A stretch of 62,237 bases of DNA from a virus (lineage: Duplodnaviria; Caudoviricetes). Below the pieces are notes generated by a model that was not told the DNA's origin, did no database searches, and saw only the letters and a program-made list of their open reading frames with translations. The stretch is from positions 1 to 62,237 of the IMG/VR virus record IMGVR_UViG_3300011336_000364; one strand, 5' to 3'. Positions within the stretch are counted from its first letter, which is position 1. Every line of letters begins with the position of its first letter. Below, piece by piece: positions 23,701-32,228 of this stretch. A program made the position numbers and the translations under genes.

Positions 23701-26055
23701 AAGATAACCATCTTAAAAGACAACACCATTGAGATTACTGATTTAGGTATTGGTGGAAATGAAGTCGTTGGCATTGAGCGACGACTTGGTGGAATGAAAC
23801 CCCACATCGGCGACACTCTACCAGTAGCGTTACCTGAAGTACACATTGCCAAGATACTTGTCCATGAGGATATGGAGAAGGGTGAGGATGGCATCCTTGC
23901 AGGTATTAGCCACGCCGCAAATCAACAAAGCCCAACACCCGGACGTGACGAGAAGTTTGGAAACTCTGTGTTCTCTGGTGGGTTTGACCCACAAGATATG
24001 TTCTCTTCTCTAGGTGTATCTAATCAAACCGTTGATGAGGCTAAGGCTAATGGGCCAGTTGGTGTTATTGATGAAGCAATGATTGACCAGCAGGGTAACA
24101 CGGAAGTGTTTAGTGACCCAACGCTGTCTTCGACTCAGCTTGTAATCGATGCTGACAAGAGCGGTATTGTCCAAGTACGTGCTGGCGACAAAATGGTTCA
24201 AGCAATAAGAGATACCTCTACGAATTCAATATCAAAAGGTGCAAAATTACTTGATGAACTCAACACTTTGACTCGTGTACTTGCATTAGGTCGTGATATT
24301 GGTGTTGCTTCTAACCAAGCGTGGTTGATTGCAAATCCTATGTCGGACCTCATGTATATGATCAAGCATAGGAAGGTTGGATCTATGGCATGGGCAATGA
24401 GTGCGCTGCCAGCAATACTGCCAAATACGCCAGACATGAACGTCGTGTTTAGGGCTGGGTCAGATCCGTTTGCTCAACATGGTGATACATCGTTTGGTGA
24501 CAAGTACGTACACTTACAGATGGCTAAGTTGATAGAGCAAGTGCCTGATCTATCTATGGACAGGCTTGCAAGTTATGGACTTGGAGTTGAATACTTAGAT
24601 CACTACAGGACTTACCAAGCAGCACTTCAGGATAATCCAAACATTAGACCTGAAGACATTCCATTGCATATGCGTATGAGTGATTACTATGGGTCAGGAG
24701 AATTTGCTCGCAAGATAATACCTATGCAGAGTGCAATTGAAAGAGCAAACGTTTTGTATAAAGACCTTGCAATCATTTCGGCATTCCAGCAGATGTATCA
24801 AGCTACGGAGAACGTCATACCTCCAGCTAAGTTAAACATGACGGCTGACAACTATCGCGAGATGTTGCGCCGTGAATATGCTGAAGCAATTAACTTTATG
24901 ACTGGTAATGATGGTGGCTCACCATCAGAGAATGCAAAGATTGCTGGACTTCAAAGTGTTATGGCAAAGGCTGTAATCTCTACCAAGTACGCCAAGTCTA
25001 GGTTAGTGCTTAGTCCGTTAGGTCCTGTGTACACACTTGGTAAACATGCAGTCAACAATGTCGCAGAAACTTTTGGCTTTGATAAGATTGCCAACACTAA
25101 CATTGAAGATAAGGTCTGGTTAAGTCAAGACAAAGGTGGCTGGAGTTCTGAGGTTAAGTGGTATGTAACCAAGAAGTGGCTTTCGGCATACCTTTCATCT
25201 AAAGCAACACAAGTTATTACTAGATCTCCAAAGATTCTTGCTGCATTGGCAGCTGCATCTGGTGGGGTGCAGTTAAAGGCACAAGTCTGGGAAGAAATGT
25301 ACGACGAGTTGCTTCTAGATGATTCCGGAATGATGAAGGTAGACATACTTGGTACAACGTACATGCAAACCCTACCGGGTGCGCAAGGTAGAGCTATACG
25401 ACAGGCAGGACGAGCATCTACCAAATGGCGTACTCATTCCATACCGGAAAACATTGAGTACTGGGTAAAGCAGTTTGGATTAAATATGCTTGCTCCATTT
25501 GCAGCTAATATCAAAGAAGGTGTTACTGGGCGTGACTTTACTGGCAAGCCAGCATTTGAAAGTCATTTAGGTTATGAGGAATATGTCAAGCAGTTAAAGT
25601 CTGACCCTGACCTTCGCCTGTATGGAGTACCTGACGGTGCTAAATACATACCGGGGTACTTAACCATTGAGGAAAACATCAAGAAGGCCATGCCAGATAA
25701 GATGACACGTTTTGCTATTGATGCATTGAACAACGTCAATACAAAGGACATGCTTTCTGATATGGAATATATGTCTACCCGTAACTTTGACTCTGGTATG
25801 GGAACGGAGCTTTCTTCGGAAGACATCTCAAGGCAGAACATCATTCCGTTCATCATGAACTTCTTTGGTTCTGGAGCAACTCAGTTTGATGATGACTACC
25901 AGAAATGGTTACGTCAACGAGTTGGTGGCAGTGCTAGATACAAGCAAGCTGAAGAGGAACTGAAATCACTCAGTCCAAAGTCTGCCGCTGATGTTGTCGG
26001 AGAATCTGGAGTACGTGGTTTATTCAATCCAGCAGGTAGTGGTATCAAGGAATAA
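14776..26055 (+). CDS. Giant (3759 aa) internal virion/large polyvalent protein with zincin-like HExxH motif
   Basis: Uninterrupted ORF; VGHELFHG at 20749-20763; last ejection-module position. Confidence 0.65.
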   Translation: MAKPLTAAEKKKLQLWLSRFDAATKKVTKTNPDYASIITKDTRAVLSAARENGLLTNDAYQKRLSAYTETIKETSRRPVIDTDKVVVKFKNPVTGKESALNRSSFIDKEGNYNWERDLNDVISERQAKSQAIGGQLKKGPTPAYTAYDDVKLVPETIGPSLRGQGEGLVKGWEGALGSLGAVANPVKDGMMRAAGPIVRGFAATAGGPGSYNNPNLAVQMDLAKKVTPEQYGEAYFRPIEDENEAVGFQAAQLAALGVPSMAADIATGGLFAGLRRAGAVKGIAPAAFNAAELTTGLAPGVTEVLTKNPLWNVIGNPIGASQEALNNKALRERAQSQSASAVELSGPSNTLLNIAGLALGVSLNTAGKVVKGADINEIKQGVRGVRQSIRQGLDAARAIGDGGKITPLSRAKIWSAGLGDTPVAQDYLKPMAMNALQSAVPLGVQATAAAINPYDEKTKKGYEMPSAYDVIDTVAQVAFSSPHKDSILGKFNNLFDTTEVGTGAILEVTQKSNALRKELQKESTLIDYLVRSSGLSYDQALAYVSQSRKEQFPDRPDVRSLQDIEDMTEARRIAQGMNPALDRVILGRVLDAGKYKKESVTAPLPPMQGPKERFNVGRAIKGVGETIADRLGEQPKDATLSQFGYAPVAGRQDADLAVHDLITGPLQGFSTVTREWTAALKSRLAMQESLKKPLTKTELEKTADNKRRPLPYTSMMVTTPDGLRRIVYDDSLRRIGLTDDVDYPTNRQLTPQAITTDVNNLTPDNLRKGLPTLNSRDNIDIRWSHRGSDNKVFDYHIRGFDADGPVVTKSLSGGPGLEDSTYRVGRRELNETLPESSKEKIIAQLEAINREFGGSDIGDNNGAIYSSTDFSTVDRAQFPHQVAVGGGKVIPARLINKTNEFYSYQIPTGGVIRVRKESMGSTKNTDTLMTPIDTRMERVAGIVYADNLTTQLANVKDREFIDVQLGDDVTSTRRVYINARDQNNLEKMYEDHLRKQDKRLQNNEDLEVGQKKFEQKVAKVLRALSQIEDPADVRYNDGTETGGSKITAGDVVLINSSTDELGAISRPSRIPEGQLRAVVLGIDKDGVHVALQDRLDETAAIVHPDLLRPVHEVSGHQFQPNAERFEFVDMTDFGSSGFGIPGVLDENGQPVTAPLDTTPADATPAAPLPVDSTNPAPDLIYQRAIESTTIESAQNHLEYALGDLSVTPNTIGRVYREAFANATPEVRDNLVHAVLTFDIDRPLEINEITRLNAVLDAMISWNKDRDVAVNYTDDFVSHMSEGMTQAGRKVYANTVNTLATEALDRWRRGRLETHVRNIVGKLDLPATEKAAMEAAVVQRAVQMQHVSTTLRTRLKNIGVTANDFWASVSFMSPAQQAEVEAQLKDAQRTGTMPTSQRQFAEDFRHVASQVSPLTRVRKKYDAKAYREKVNTELETFAKKVSGKVIETTVAKSADPNTSITELKHAMDMISGDPAAMKEIISNLASQDLDSTVFDKFFSDVRFPNSKLTLSDVARVLKNNGIDDLTGLNNSMKQTLQNITTDVDITPQSMYNDIFTRLGETSPAARKYLEDNETDILDRLEDAYKKNPADYILQVGTEVEGFVSHMAKAATKDAIAGAAETAAAINKEYIARNTSPEKVSLAAKRFLEEAGSLPSGDGSVKQGGVRLLPQDVISQFVDMTADNAVQASTGSRVSQERLAVSRQILSDAAPWLKAFNQRSIADQVWTLPLPGAQALMGASPPRSVVEKGIDGEVKGKGVTYTTDEQGNARVGLNQQRGLNRDSMVAVIKDMLTGGQEFSNAGLNQMVDDMANTYADMWDVHAHGYAVRHMEYELKTGNSVDAKKFYSELIRSAMEAESDPGIRSAMQEVYDHVQDTGTLLVDTGTKKFSKDANSVVAGAFREVNKEYGIQFGKWLSTHRMAQLVHDFYTTNAQVNMSSAAVDQFSEASLIRGSYGSLTTGPVIEIPGSQRAIVNLMLHINKDKNAGRNALSVGHELFHGVYHTMPLHDKLRIAKNALAMFGDKTNNSLSAALRNVTTELSDYNAEIAKLKKVIAEGTEDEVDEARKSLAELEYHYTVDMHGDTNSFLYTDPTINEVVVSYLMSTAMQDPLIYSDDSNIAHYASGAMSRLGIALNQAIGVMTRGNTVQSDWVGAETGSSHRWTLGGKSFFHVDAGGNPIATPMMSGWTLRFTDRSTRAQNVLQPLTATPDGLAQNNIGSDADLTDVKRGPSIFGQFGGFEHIDMPFRVHRSLIFVDSKSDTFNKLRQKGIKPVATGGKNKNWFEMDVSDTGMPVNSVGGVPIKDKRPQYAYVVEADTEGGKRKRYITYGDVVAMQPNVRVSGSSGSASPTVAGILYSSYGRVSEAQQVLMGMADQRQQRILKGYAFMSGPAPGLMPDVAGTTFGVSSKEVSDLNSIIKNGSPEDAQEAQDRLDEIRRAYSESPIAKAIATSKVNSAENVLAVADTTTDAISIVYNNGLKQAIGHDDQKAQEEVQKKIDNARQGMENLRTSLFGIRPADNRPIVLSSKSETSGDTTNVHISSFFGNKSGNILSSAPIYLNKGEGTGDGDPTSYTLSRLARRLTEDFDSADELNDIGEALVKSRSVVEFGQQLQRKGYDDTFISDALSAIESATDESMPTGVALSMDSAFTIARDFAKGSVNFISDADGDTGASAFAQNLQDVVEGFDGDDPVPLAHNQRAIITFAVQAYAQSQNRLGKAMSEADVLEAAANPFSQEYTAISAFAQALSVDISHRATALKSRGEYQLVDSIYLFRKSSPWYVLRHDVRASGSDTSAVSRDANSAVPSTYHIAVNKASGEIAFVTQKRDNNGDLKWVALKQGQGRSAYSSIDRSSRNPEKSTNFNKAGALCYNPDKELTDNVKTKYESRFKYGIAGIRAALIKIPEASAQTLLNTIDGLSKRKPGTSAVVTVSLPHRWGYDPNNPSVKQTLSPEQKFRDFDEVLKAMTGQANYDAAVLRNVKITILKDNTIEITDLGIGGNEVVGIERRLGGMKPHIGDTLPVALPEVHIAKILVHEDMEKGEDGILAGISHAANQQSPTPGRDEKFGNSVFSGGFDPQDMFSSLGVSNQTVDEAKANGPVGVIDEAMIDQQGNTEVFSDPTLSSTQLVIDADKSGIVQVRAGDKMVQAIRDTSTNSISKGAKLLDELNTLTRVLALGRDIGVASNQAWLIANPMSDLMYMIKHRKVGSMAWAMSALPAILPNTPDMNVVFRAGSDPFAQHGDTSFGDKYVHLQMAKLIEQVPDLSMDRLASYGLGVEYLDHYRTYQAALQDNPNIRPEDIPLHMRMSDYYGSGEFARKIIPMQSAIERANVLYKDLAIISAFQQMYQATENVIPPAKLNMTADNYREMLRREYAEAINFMTGNDGGSPSENAKIAGLQSVMAKAVISTKYAKSRLVLSPLGPVYTLGKHAVNNVAETFGFDKIANTNIEDKVWLSQDKGGWSSEVKWYVTKKWLSAYLSSKATQVITRSPKILAALAAASGGVQLKAQVWEEMYDELLLDDSGMMKVDILGTTYMQTLPGAQGRAIRQAGRASTKWRTHSIPENIEYWVKQFGLNMLAPFAANIKEGVTGRDFTGKPAFESHLGYEEYVKQLKSDPDLRLYGVPDGAKYIPGYLTIEENIKKAMPDKMTRFAIDALNNVNTKDMLSDMEYMSTRNFDSGMGTELSSEDISRQNIIPFIMNFFGSGATQFDDDYQKWLRQRVGGSARYKQAEEELKSLSPKSAADVVGESGVRGLFNPAGSGIKE

Positions 26056-26059
26056 GTAG

Positions 26060-26845
26060 ATGTCTGATTTAGGAAAGTTATTTATTGACATAGCAAATAA
26101 GTATGTAGGTGTAGAGGAGTCACCTACTGGAAGTAATCGCGGTCCATTAATTGATCGTTGGAATACAAACGTCCGTGCTCCTATCGGTAGTTTCTGGTGT
26201 GCTTCATTTGTCAGCGGAGTTGCTATGGAGTGGGAGGATCAAAGTGGACTTGACTGGCCGTTATGTTTTAGTGCTGATTGTGACGTATGGCTTAGTAGTG
26301 CTCGCAAGCACGGTGTTCTTAAAGCGCAAGGTTCACCCGGTGACATCGTACTTCTGGTTACTGGTGATGATGCTTATCACATCGGTATTGTCACAGGTCG
26401 TAATGAAGACGGGGCGTTAATCTCCGTTGAGGGAAATAGCAACAACGATGGAAGTCGTAACGGTTACATGGTTGCTAGGCGACCTAATCTATATCGTGGT
26501 CGCAATAAGTCTAATGTATTCTTCATCAAGCCTTGGAGTTTAGTTACGCCTGATGTTGACTGGAAGATATGTAATGCGTCCAACAATAAGTTTGTTGAAG
26601 CCCTTGTCGAGAACGGTAGGACATATGCACCATTGCGTAAATCCTTGGAGTTGTTTATGGACAAGAGTGAAGTTGACACAAGTTTAGGTTGGGGAACTGA
26701 AGGTCCTTCGCTTGACGGAAAGCCACTGCCAGTGCAATACATTCAACGTAACAACGTCACGTATGTTTCTATACGTAGCCTCGCTAAAGTCTTAGGTAAA
26801 ACACTGACAGTCAACTCGGAAAACAAGAAAGTCTTTCTTTCTTAA
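26060..26845 (+). CDS. Endolysin: CHAP domain plus copper-amine-oxidase-N-like C-terminal domain
   Basis: FWCASFV, PGDIV, HIGIV, SVEGNS CHAP motifs; GRTYAPLR / VTYVSIRSL repeats. Confidence 0.8.
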   Translation: MSDLGKLFIDIANKYVGVEESPTGSNRGPLIDRWNTNVRAPIGSFWCASFVSGVAMEWEDQSGLDWPLCFSADCDVWLSSARKHGVLKAQGSPGDIVLLVTGDDAYHIGIVTGRNEDGALISVEGNSNNDGSRNGYMVARRPNLYRGRNKSNVFFIKPWSLVTPDVDWKICNASNNKFVEALVENGRTYAPLRKSLELFMDKSEVDTSLGWGTEGPSLDGKPLPVQYIQRNNVTYVSIRSLAKVLGKTLTVNSENKKVFLS

Positions 26846-28224
26846 AGGTCGAACTCACCAAGGATAAAGTCGCTGAACTTAGCAAACTTGGATTGGAATT
26901 TCAGCAGTGACATACCAGTCTTACCATTACGGTTCTTCGCTGTTATGATCTCTGCCTTGTCTTCTTCTTCCTGTTGTCCATCTTGACTACGCTCGTAATA
27001 CCCAGCTCGATATATGAACTGGATTACGTCAGCATCCGACTCAATGTCTCCTGACTCTCTAAGGTCAGACATCATTGGTCGCTTATCCTGTCTTTGCTCT
27101 ACAGCCCTAGACAGGCTCGACAATGCAATCACTGGACACTTGTACTCACGGGCTATGTCCTTGAGTCCACGACTGATTACACCGATGTCACGAGTTCTGT
27201 TCTCTGACTTATATGACGATGGCATTGCAATCATCTGTAGGTAATCAACAACCACCAAGCCAACATGAAAAGATTTTTGCGTATCCCTAATGGCGTCTCG
27301 GATTCCTCCAAGGGTGACAGTTTTATCTGCGACAATTCTGACATGAAGTGACTTAGCCTCCTGAGCTACACCGTGTAGCTTATCTTTCTGGTAGTTATTC
27401 AGTTTCTTCGTCTGAATAACTTGGCTGTCTACTTCACTGTAGATCGACAACATACGTGCAGTGACCATGTCTTTAGACATCTCTGCACTAACAATAAGGA
27501 CTCCTGCCTTCTCATCTAGTTGACGCATGAAACGAGCAGCGTTCCATGCATACTGCAACCCAAGACTAGACTTACCCATAGAAGGTCGTCCACCTACAAT
27601 GATTAACTCACCATCACGCCATCCTCCTGTTACAGAATCTACTTCATTAAACCCGCTGGCTACACTAAACGTTGTCTCATCTTCTTCTCGGTGTATGGCT
27701 GTGTCAGATGCCGACAAAATTAATTTAGATAAATCTTCCGTGGTGTTTCCGGAATAGGTCCCAGAAACAGATTTATTTAAATCAGTAACGATTGTGTCGA
27801 TACTGTCATCGCCGATTGAGGCACGTTTACTAGCATGTTCAGATGCAAAGATGATCTCCCTGCGTCTGTGATACTCAACAACTAACTTGACGTAACTCTC
27901 ATAGTTAGAGGTAGTAGGTAATAGTTCTGCGCACTGCATGATGTAGCCTAGTCCACCACATGCTTCAAGTGCGTTGCGCTTCGTCAGCTCCTCATTCACG
28001 GTCACGATATCGATGTCTTGACCAGATGCGTCAATAGATGTATACGCCTCCCATATGAGGCTATGGGAGACCCTGTAGAACATACCCTTGTCTATGTTAG
28101 AGACGTTCTTGAATAACTTCCTGCCACCAAGAAGCACAGACGCTATAAGTGATTGCTCACTCATAACGTCCGATGGAACTTCTATGTTAAAGCCAAGGCT
28201 TTTAGCTTTTGTTTCGTAGTTCAT
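26842..28224 (-). CDS. dnaB: Replicative DNA helicase
   Basis: GGRPSMGKS Walker A, VVDYLQ, LSSLSR, SDLRESGDIESDAD, KNRNG. Confidence 0.95.
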   Translation of the reverse strand: MNYETKAKSLGFNIEVPSDVMSEQSLIASVLLGGRKLFKNVSNIDKGMFYRVSHSLIWEAYTSIDASGQDIDIVTVNEELTKRNALEACGGLGYIMQCAELLPTTSNYESYVKLVVEYHRRREIIFASEHASKRASIGDDSIDTIVTDLNKSVSGTYSGNTTEDLSKLILSASDTAIHREEDETTFSVASGFNEVDSVTGGWRDGELIIVGGRPSMGKSSLGLQYAWNAARFMRQLDEKAGVLIVSAEMSKDMVTARMLSIYSEVDSQVIQTKKLNNYQKDKLHGVAQEAKSLHVRIVADKTVTLGGIRDAIRDTQKSFHVGLVVVDYLQMIAMPSSYKSENRTRDIGVISRGLKDIAREYKCPVIALSSLSRAVEQRQDKRPMMSDLRESGDIESDADVIQFIYRAGYYERSQDGQQEEEDKAEIITAKNRNGKTGMSLLKFQSKFAKFSDFILGEFDL

Positions 28225-28639
28225 TGATGTATTCCGTTAACCGAACAATGTGTACTTCATTGATTACTTCTTGTAATTGCTGACCTTTGAGCGGTGATTC
28301 AACTCTCCATGCTCTGTAACCACCAGTTTTCTTTAGGACAAGTACAACGGTAGGGTGAAGCTTATTAGGGTCAGCACCTGTCCTTATGCCCTCGTTAATG
28401 TCATGAGTAATCATGTGCGGTTGAGCATCACCAAACTTTTCAACAGCCACGCTAAGTAACACCTCTGATGGAGTAGGACGGAACTTACTCCGTGTAAGTA
28501 GTCGTTGTGCTCCACCTTTAATGTCTTCGTCTGTCAAGCCATTTATGGCCACACGATAAACTGTCTCGCTTGTATCGTTCCATGGAATAGAACTAGGTAG
28601 TTGCGAAAGAATCGCTAGTAATTTATCCGTTGCTGTCAT
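28202..28639 (-). CDS. Putative helicase loader/inhibitor
   Basis: Between initiator and DnaB; SKFRPTPSEV motif. Confidence 0.55.
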   Translation of the reverse strand: MTATDKLLAILSQLPSSIPWNDTSETVYRVAINGLTDEDIKGGAQRLLTRSKFRPTPSEVLLSVAVEKFGDAQPHMITHDINEGIRTGADPNKLHPTVVLVLKKTGGYRAWRVESPLKGQQLQEVINEVHIVRLTEYINELRNKS

Positions 28640-29336
28640 TGAACCAGTCCTCTATTCTTACGACCGTCTTTGGTATTGTGTACGTTGGCACAGCATGTGT
28701 TTCCCAATGCTTCCATAGCGAACGAACAGTAACCATCTCGTGGTTTGTCCACTTACTCTTTAGTGTATTCACGCGCTCGACTACACTCTTTGCTGTAACT
28801 CCAGCCTTGTGCATCTGCCATATGGTTAGACGCACATCCTTCCACTCCTTATCTGTGATTGCCTCCTCAGACACTTCTCCCCACCGTGCTCGCTTAAATG
28901 CTTTATATAAAGGGAATGCTGGATCATCTTCCTTTACAGCATCTGCTCTAGCTTGCTTGACTGATGTAACTTTCACGTCTGGGTCATGATCAACTGAATC
29001 AGGGAATAACTTGTAGCCATTGCTAGTTGTTCTCCCATTAGGAGAAGTTCGCCCATTGACTTCAAGTAGTCTCTTCTCGTTTATCTTCATGCCTGTTAGG
29101 TAGTGCAGTGCTGTCTTGACTGTAGTTTCAGACAACCCTGTACATTCAACAAGTCTCTTGATACTTGGCCAGCAGTAGCCATCATTGTCTACATGCATTA
29201 CCAATGCCATAAACACTACAAACCCTGATGGAGTAAATGACGTTATGTGGTTTACGAGTAAGCGGTCTATCTGAACAAAGCCAGACGAACGCTCACCTGA
29301 CAAGCCAAACGACTTGCCGTTGAATACTGTAATCAT
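28623..29336 (-). CDS. Phage replication initiator (winged HTH)
   Basis: CWPSIKRLVECTGLSETTVKTALHYL...SNGYKL. Confidence 0.75.
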   Translation of the reverse strand: MITVFNGKSFGLSGERSSGFVQIDRLLVNHITSFTPSGFVVFMALVMHVDNDGYCWPSIKRLVECTGLSETTVKTALHYLTGMKINEKRLLEVNGRTSPNGRTTSNGYKLFPDSVDHDPDVKVTSVKQARADAVKEDDPAFPLYKAFKRARWGEVSEEAITDKEWKDVRLTIWQMHKAGVTAKSVVERVNTLKSKWTNHEMVTVRSLWKHWETHAVPTYTIPKTVVRIEDWFNDSNG

Positions 29337-29344
29337 TACTACCT

Positions 29345-29959
29345 CTAGTTGTTATATGGGCATTGGTCGCAGTACCTTTGCACCTTCACTTCTTCTTCTG
29401 ATAATTTTGTAAGTCCCGCTTCGTATACATCTGCAAGTGGGATAGGTGACGTGCTTATAAGATCTAGTGCTTTGTTCACATCGTCTACTGTCCATCCTGC
29501 TGGTATCGCCACAGACTTTGTTGGTATTTCCTTGTGTTCTGAAACTCCTTTTACTTCGTCTTTAAATTGACCAACAGACATGTCTTTCGTCATAGCCATT
29601 GATAGCGCACTAACTTGCTGGTCAACTGGAAGTGATGCAGCTATTCTGTGGTGTGTCCAACTTAAGCCGGACATACGGTTTTCTATGGGGATAGACTTGC
29701 TCACCCACGCCCAGTTAGCAAGTGACTGATATGCATACCCAGTAGCACTCATGGCTTGGCTATACTTCTCTCCGTACTTGATGCTGCCGTAGTTGAGTAC
29801 ATCGCCAATGCCAAACTGGAAAGCAGTCTCTAACCGCTGTAGTGTCATCATCAACCTGTACCACTGGTCAAAGTCAATGTCGGCACTAAATGTAATGCCG
29901 ACATCGCTTACGTGTACTGAGTCAGGAAGACTACCTATGTGTACTATTTCATCTTTCAT
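29345..29959 (-). CDS. LmbU-like HTH protein
   Basis: FGIGDVLNYG..YGEKYSQA..TGYAYQSLANWAWV...LSWTHH. Confidence 0.6.
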   Translation of the reverse strand: MKDEIVHIGSLPDSVHVSDVGITFSADIDFDQWYRLMMTLQRLETAFQFGIGDVLNYGSIKYGEKYSQAMSATGYAYQSLANWAWVSKSIPIENRMSGLSWTHHRIAASLPVDQQVSALSMAMTKDMSVGQFKDEVKGVSEHKEIPTKSVAIPAGWTVDDVNKALDLISTSPIPLADVYEAGLTKLSEEEVKVQRYCDQCPYNN

Positions 29960-30518
29960 CTGCTACCTCGCTGGCTGTTAATGTTTTAATCGTAACGTTT
30001 TCTGTGGATCCAGAAATGCAGAACAAGTCAGGATGCGCGTCTACCAATGTGAGTTGTATCTCTTTCGGGATTTTACTTTTGTACACTTTGAACTGCTGTA
30101 CGACAGCGTCACATGACAGTGGGATAACCATAGCTGCCTTCTGTTCATCTAGGATAGTAAACGATGGTGGAACTGTACGGAATGCAACTTGACCCCATGG
30201 ACACTTCCATGTCTTTGCTTTACCAGTCAGTTGCTTTTCGGCAAAGTCTGCTATTTGATCGCCATATCGATTCTTAAGCCATTGAACTTTACGCTCTTTG
30301 TCTTTGACAAGTTGCTTGCACCTGTCGATGACAGACTGCATAGCCAACTCTTCAGCCTTAAGTTCAGTCTCGTATTTTAGTAAACGCTGTAAAGCTAAAA
30401 GAACGTCATCTTCTGTTTTAAGTTCATCGCCTAACCAGCCATCAACTGGACCGGCATATTCGCCGGTCTCGATCTCGTAGTAACCATCGCCAATAATGTC
30501 AAATTTACTTGTGTCCAA
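29949..30518 (-). CDS. Host-nuclease inhibitor Gam-like protein
   Basis: Coiled coil followed by KTWKCPWGQVAFR, Mu Gam-like. Confidence 0.65.
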   Translation of the reverse strand: MDTSKFDIIGDGYYEIETGEYAGPVDGWLGDELKTEDDVLLALQRLLKYETELKAEELAMQSVIDRCKQLVKDKERKVQWLKNRYGDQIADFAEKQLTGKAKTWKCPWGQVAFRTVPPSFTILDEQKAAMVIPLSCDAVVQQFKVYKSKIPKEIQLTLVDAHPDLFCISGSTENVTIKTLTASEVADER

Positions 30519-30519
30519 T

Positions 30520-31104
30520 TTAATCCTCCTCTGCCAAGAACACCGACTCTGCTTCTTCCGGTGTATTGAATCCCATTAGTACTTCTGTAACTAATCGTAG
30601 GTTTTGTTCTGATGTATCTGTATGTCCAGCGAGACGTGCAAAAACACGCTTCATATCTTGTGGAGTAATGTTTGCACCCCATATACGTTTACACTCTAAA
30701 GCAAACTGCTTACCAGCCGAAAGCGTAGATGCCTTGGCTTGTTGTGGTGCATCAACGATACGCATGTCACCAGTTGGTGTAATAGGTTCTTCTAGTTCTT
30801 GAGCAAACAGTGTGCCGTACCCACACAAGGCCAATGCTCGCCCAATAGCGCCCGTTTCTGCCTTCTCTCGGTAATCAGCAAAGTGCTTCTCATGTTCTGT
30901 CTTATGAGCCTTAGCAATAAGTCTGCCTGATGCGTCGTGAATCTCGGCTGCAAATGTACAGTAGTCAGCACCCGAAAGATCGGGTACTGCATACGTCATG
31001 ATTGTCCAGTCTGGATGGTCTTCTCTGAACCAAGCAATACGTGCAGCGACAGGCAAGTACTGCTTGCCTTTTAGGTTAATGAAGTGATCTCTAGGATTGA
31101 ACAT
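30520..31104 (-). CDS. Single-strand annealing protein (Rad52/Sak-like)
   Basis: LKGKQYLPVAARIAWFR...EKAETGAIGRALALCGYG. Confidence 0.7.
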   Translation of the reverse strand: MFNPRDHFINLKGKQYLPVAARIAWFREDHPDWTIMTYAVPDLSGADYCTFAAEIHDASGRLIAKAHKTEHEKHFADYREKAETGAIGRALALCGYGTLFAQELEEPITPTGDMRIVDAPQQAKASTLSAGKQFALECKRIWGANITPQDMKRVFARLAGHTDTSEQNLRLVTEVLMGFNTPEEAESVFLAEED

Positions 31105-31738
31105 TGTTATCTCTCATCTTTCTGTAATGTAGTGAAACGCCAAGTGATTGACCGACGTGCGATAGTGAGCCATCACAATACACAATTGGATTGACCTTGG
31201 CGATCTGTATCATGGTCTCTGTAATCATCTTGTATTCGCCAGTAAATAACTTGTCTAGTGTGTCGTTATCTAGCGAGAACATGATTGTCTGTAACTTCTG
31301 TGGGGTAGAAGAACACACGAGTGCATTGTTGTATTTGTACGGTGTTCCTTCTGCGTCAACAAGGTAAGTAAGTAACTGGTAGACATGTGGATACACGTGT
31401 CCATTCTCTACAAGTAGAGATGTTGTTGCAAATCTATTGGAGCAACCCATCAGGAGTGTTGGCTCTCCTTTGTACATAACTGAACGCCAGTTATCTAGCA
31501 GCTCGTAAACACTAATAGGAGTTGCGTTCCAGTCATTTGAGTCTGGTAAGTACTTGGCAATAGTTTCTGCCAATTCTTCTGGAGTATCACCTAAGAACAC
31601 ATACGTATATGTGTTGCTACCATCAACTGAAAGGACCATGTCTTCATCTTTGCGTACTGCAATGTAGACTTTGTCTTGTGCTTTCATAGGCAGAACGTAA
31701 TCCATACGCTCTTCACTGCATGGGTAATTAATATCCAT
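31091..31738 (-). CDS. Hypothetical protein
   Basis: Coupled ORF in the - strand operon. Confidence 0.65.
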   Translation of the reverse strand: MDINYPCSEERMDYVLPMKAQDKVYIAVRKDEDMVLSVDGSNTYTYVFLGDTPEELAETIAKYLPDSNDWNATPISVYELLDNWRSVMYKGEPTLLMGCSNRFATTSLLVENGHVYPHVYQLLTYLVDAEGTPYKYNNALVCSSTPQKLQTIMFSLDNDTLDKLFTGEYKMITETMIQIAKVNPIVYCDGSLSHVGQSLGVSLHYRKMRDNNVQS

Positions 31739-32159
31739 TTATATCTTTCACTTGCTTTAATCGTGTGACCATTTGTTCTTGGCCATGTTGTTGTTCAGTT
31801 ATTGTTAGTGCATCTATGACATCCGCCATAGTTCTGCATATGTATGAGTTGTCTTTCTTTTCTAACTCAAGTTGTGTATCCCGCACCTTTCCTATTGTTG
31901 TTTTCAATTCGATGGCTAAGGCAATGCCTTTACCCCACCTTGATGAATGTATATAAATGTCTGGCAGTCCCGGCGTGTTGCCTTGCCAGCCAGTTGCATA
32001 TTGCATTGAGCCACATGACCTGCACTTGCTTTTACCTCTCGCTTTACCAGTCTCCATGACTGTGTAACCAAGAGTAATCGCTAATGTGTAGACATGATGT
32101 TGTAACGCCTTCTCAGGTATTACTTTAGTAGTAGAGACACGCATACTATAACCACCCAT
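31728..32159 (-). CDS. VRR-NUC/PD-(D/E)xK nuclease (possible resolvase)
   Basis: EKALQ...PGLPDIY...IELKT..GKVRDTQ; start uncertain. Confidence 0.75.
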   Translation of the reverse strand: MGGYSMRVSTTKVIPEKALQHHVYTLAITLGYTVMETGKARGKSKCRSCGSMQYATGWQGNTPGLPDIYIHSSRWGKGIALAIELKTTIGKVRDTQLELEKKDNSYICRTMADVIDALTITEQQHGQEQMVTRLKQVKDINGY

Positions 32160-32228
32160 AAAACTATCGTTCCGATTGATTCTATAAGGTCGATAGTACG
32201 CTTGTTGATGCGTCTAGTTTCTTGGCAA

